NCBI GenBank assembly: GCA_041176605.1
Contig: JBEDCS010000009.1
Span: forward strand, 1-58,456
DNA length: 58,456 nt
Origin: Bacteroidota bacterium
GTDB lineage: Bacteria > Bacteroidota > Bacteroidia > Flavobacteriales_D > Crocinitomicaceae
Direction of reading: 5' to 3'
Position 1 is the first letter of the stretch; the number at the start of each line of letters is the position of its first letter. Positions 57,430 to 58,456 of the stretch are shown here, piece by piece. Position numbers and translations under genes: made by a program. Below the pieces are notes generated by a model. It was not told the origin of the DNA, made no database searches, and saw only the letters and a list, made by a program, of their open reading frames with translations.

Positions 57430-58456
57430 ATGCAACGTGCTTCTCTTTTGCTTTTCGCAATTTTCCTTCAAACGGCCCTTTTTTCTCAAAATGAGGTTTA
57501 CGACGATTTTCAAGACCAAGACCTCAACACTGTCCTATTATGGCAGGGTGATACCACGCATTTTGGCGTCAATAGTGCGCGCCAGTTACAGCTCAATCAA
57601 AGCGTTGCGGATACAAGTATCATTTGGACACAACTCCCTGTTGTTAATAACGACACACTCGCATTTCAATTTTGGATTCGAGAAAATTTCAGCCCTTCTA
57701 GCTTAAATTACGGGCGTTTTTTCTTTTATGCAGCTACACCCGATTTTCAGAATGCCACAAACTGCTACTATTTACAATTTGGCGAAAGCGGCATAGCGGA
57801 TGCCATACGGCTCTACGCCAGATTCAATGGGCAAGATAGCTTACTTGCATCGGGGCCACTTGGCAATATTGCCAATGCTTTTGCAGCTGATTTGAAATTG
57901 ATTATTACCGCGAACTCGATTCAGCTTTTGGCCAAATTCTCCTCTTCTATCATTGATGAACTCCAATTTGAAACCAACATAGCACCTCAAAGTTGGCAAC
58001 CTTATGCTGGGTTTTTATTTCATTATACCGCGGCAAATGCCGCTGCATTTTTTATCGATGATTTTTATTTCGGCAAAGTTCTATCTGAAACTGACCCCAA
58101 GTTAATCATCACCGAAATCATGGCTGACCCTGACACCTTATTTGGCTTACCCGATATAGAATATTTGGAAATCTATAACAACGGTGCTGAATTGATTCAA
58201 TTGAAAGGGATGAAAATTCAGGATGGCAATGGTTTTTGTACCCTCCCCTCCTTTTGGTTAGCTCCAGAAGCTTATGTTGCTTTGGTCGCTACAAATAAAA
58301 GCGAGGCATTTGACATTGATGCCATTGTGGAAGTCGCTGCATTTCCGAGTTTAAATAACGCTGGGGAATTCATCGCCTTAAAGAATATTGAAAATGAAAT
58401 AATGGACCAACTTGTTTACCAAAACGATTGGTATCCAACCTCACTGCTGACTTCCA
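57430..58456 (+). CDS. Secreted protein with a lamin-tail-domain (LTD)-like segment; 5' partial, runs off the window
   Basis: My own translation from ATG 57430 gives MQRASLLLFAIFLQTALFSQ... (signal peptide), open to the window end. ...LIITEIMADPD...EYLEIYNNG...L.GMKIQDGNG resembles LTD motifs. This ORF is not in the supplied track because it has no stop in the window. Confidence 0.7.
   Translation, partial: MQRASLLLFAIFLQTALFSQNEVYDDFQDQDLNTVLLWQGDTTHFGVNSARQLQLNQSVADTSIIWTQLPVVNNDTLAFQFWIRENFSPSSLNYGRFFFYAATPDFQNATNCYYLQFGESGIADAIRLYARFNGQDSLLASGPLGNIANAFAADLKLIITANSIQLLAKFSSSIIDELQFETNIAPQSWQPYAGFLFHYTAANAAAFFIDDFYFGKVLSETDPKLIITEIMADPDTLFGLPDIEYLEIYNNGAELIQLKGMKIQDGNGFCTLPSFWLAPEAYVALVATNKSEAFDIDAIVEVAAFPSLNNAGEFIALKNIENEIMDQLVYQNDWYPTSLLTS

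Noticed and set aside
57425-57706. 93-aa track ORF at the right edge.
   Set aside because: The neighbouring frame (ATG 57430) stays open to the window end and has a signal peptide and domain-like sequence. The 93-aa frame has implausible composition.

Overview
This 58.5-kb window looks like core chromosome from a Bacteroidota (Flavobacteriia-like, gliding/T9SS-bearing) bacterium. The evidence is the porV-porU, a PorP/SprF-family gene and gldJ, T9SS C-terminal sorting domains, the near absence of Shine-Dalgarno sequences, and repeated TAnnTTTG -7 promoter boxes. Genes are tightly packed (about 55 CDS) and mostly housekeeping: gyrB, valS, ftsH, prfB, murF, tgt, fmt, asd, pyrR-pyrB, pyrE, folC, ispF, rsmG, rlmI, birA, rsfS, cdsA-psd, gcvH. 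I found no rRNA, tRNA, CRISPR array, transposase, integrase or recognisable defence island. The only clear RNA element is a canonical TPP (THI-box) riboswitch on the minus strand at about 56259-56339, upstream of a TonB-dependent receptor. The points most worth follow-up are: (1) the TPP-riboswitch unit, in which the receptor is followed 28 nt later by an uncharacterised protein with a TonB-C-like domain and a beta-barrel; (2) a GldJ lipoprotein about 300 aa longer than the form I recall as canonical, because of an internal insertion; (3) a PorP/SprF-family gene sitting between porU and gldJ; (4) a recurring TAnnTTTG-N3-5-ATG layout that predicts leaderless mRNAs, including divergent pyrE/NUDIX start codons sharing one CATG and a 38-bp palindrome filling the prfB-gcvH spacer; (5) several small or uncharacterised secreted proteins. 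None of these is demonstrably a new system from sequence alone. All functional calls rest on motif-level recognition, not database searches.
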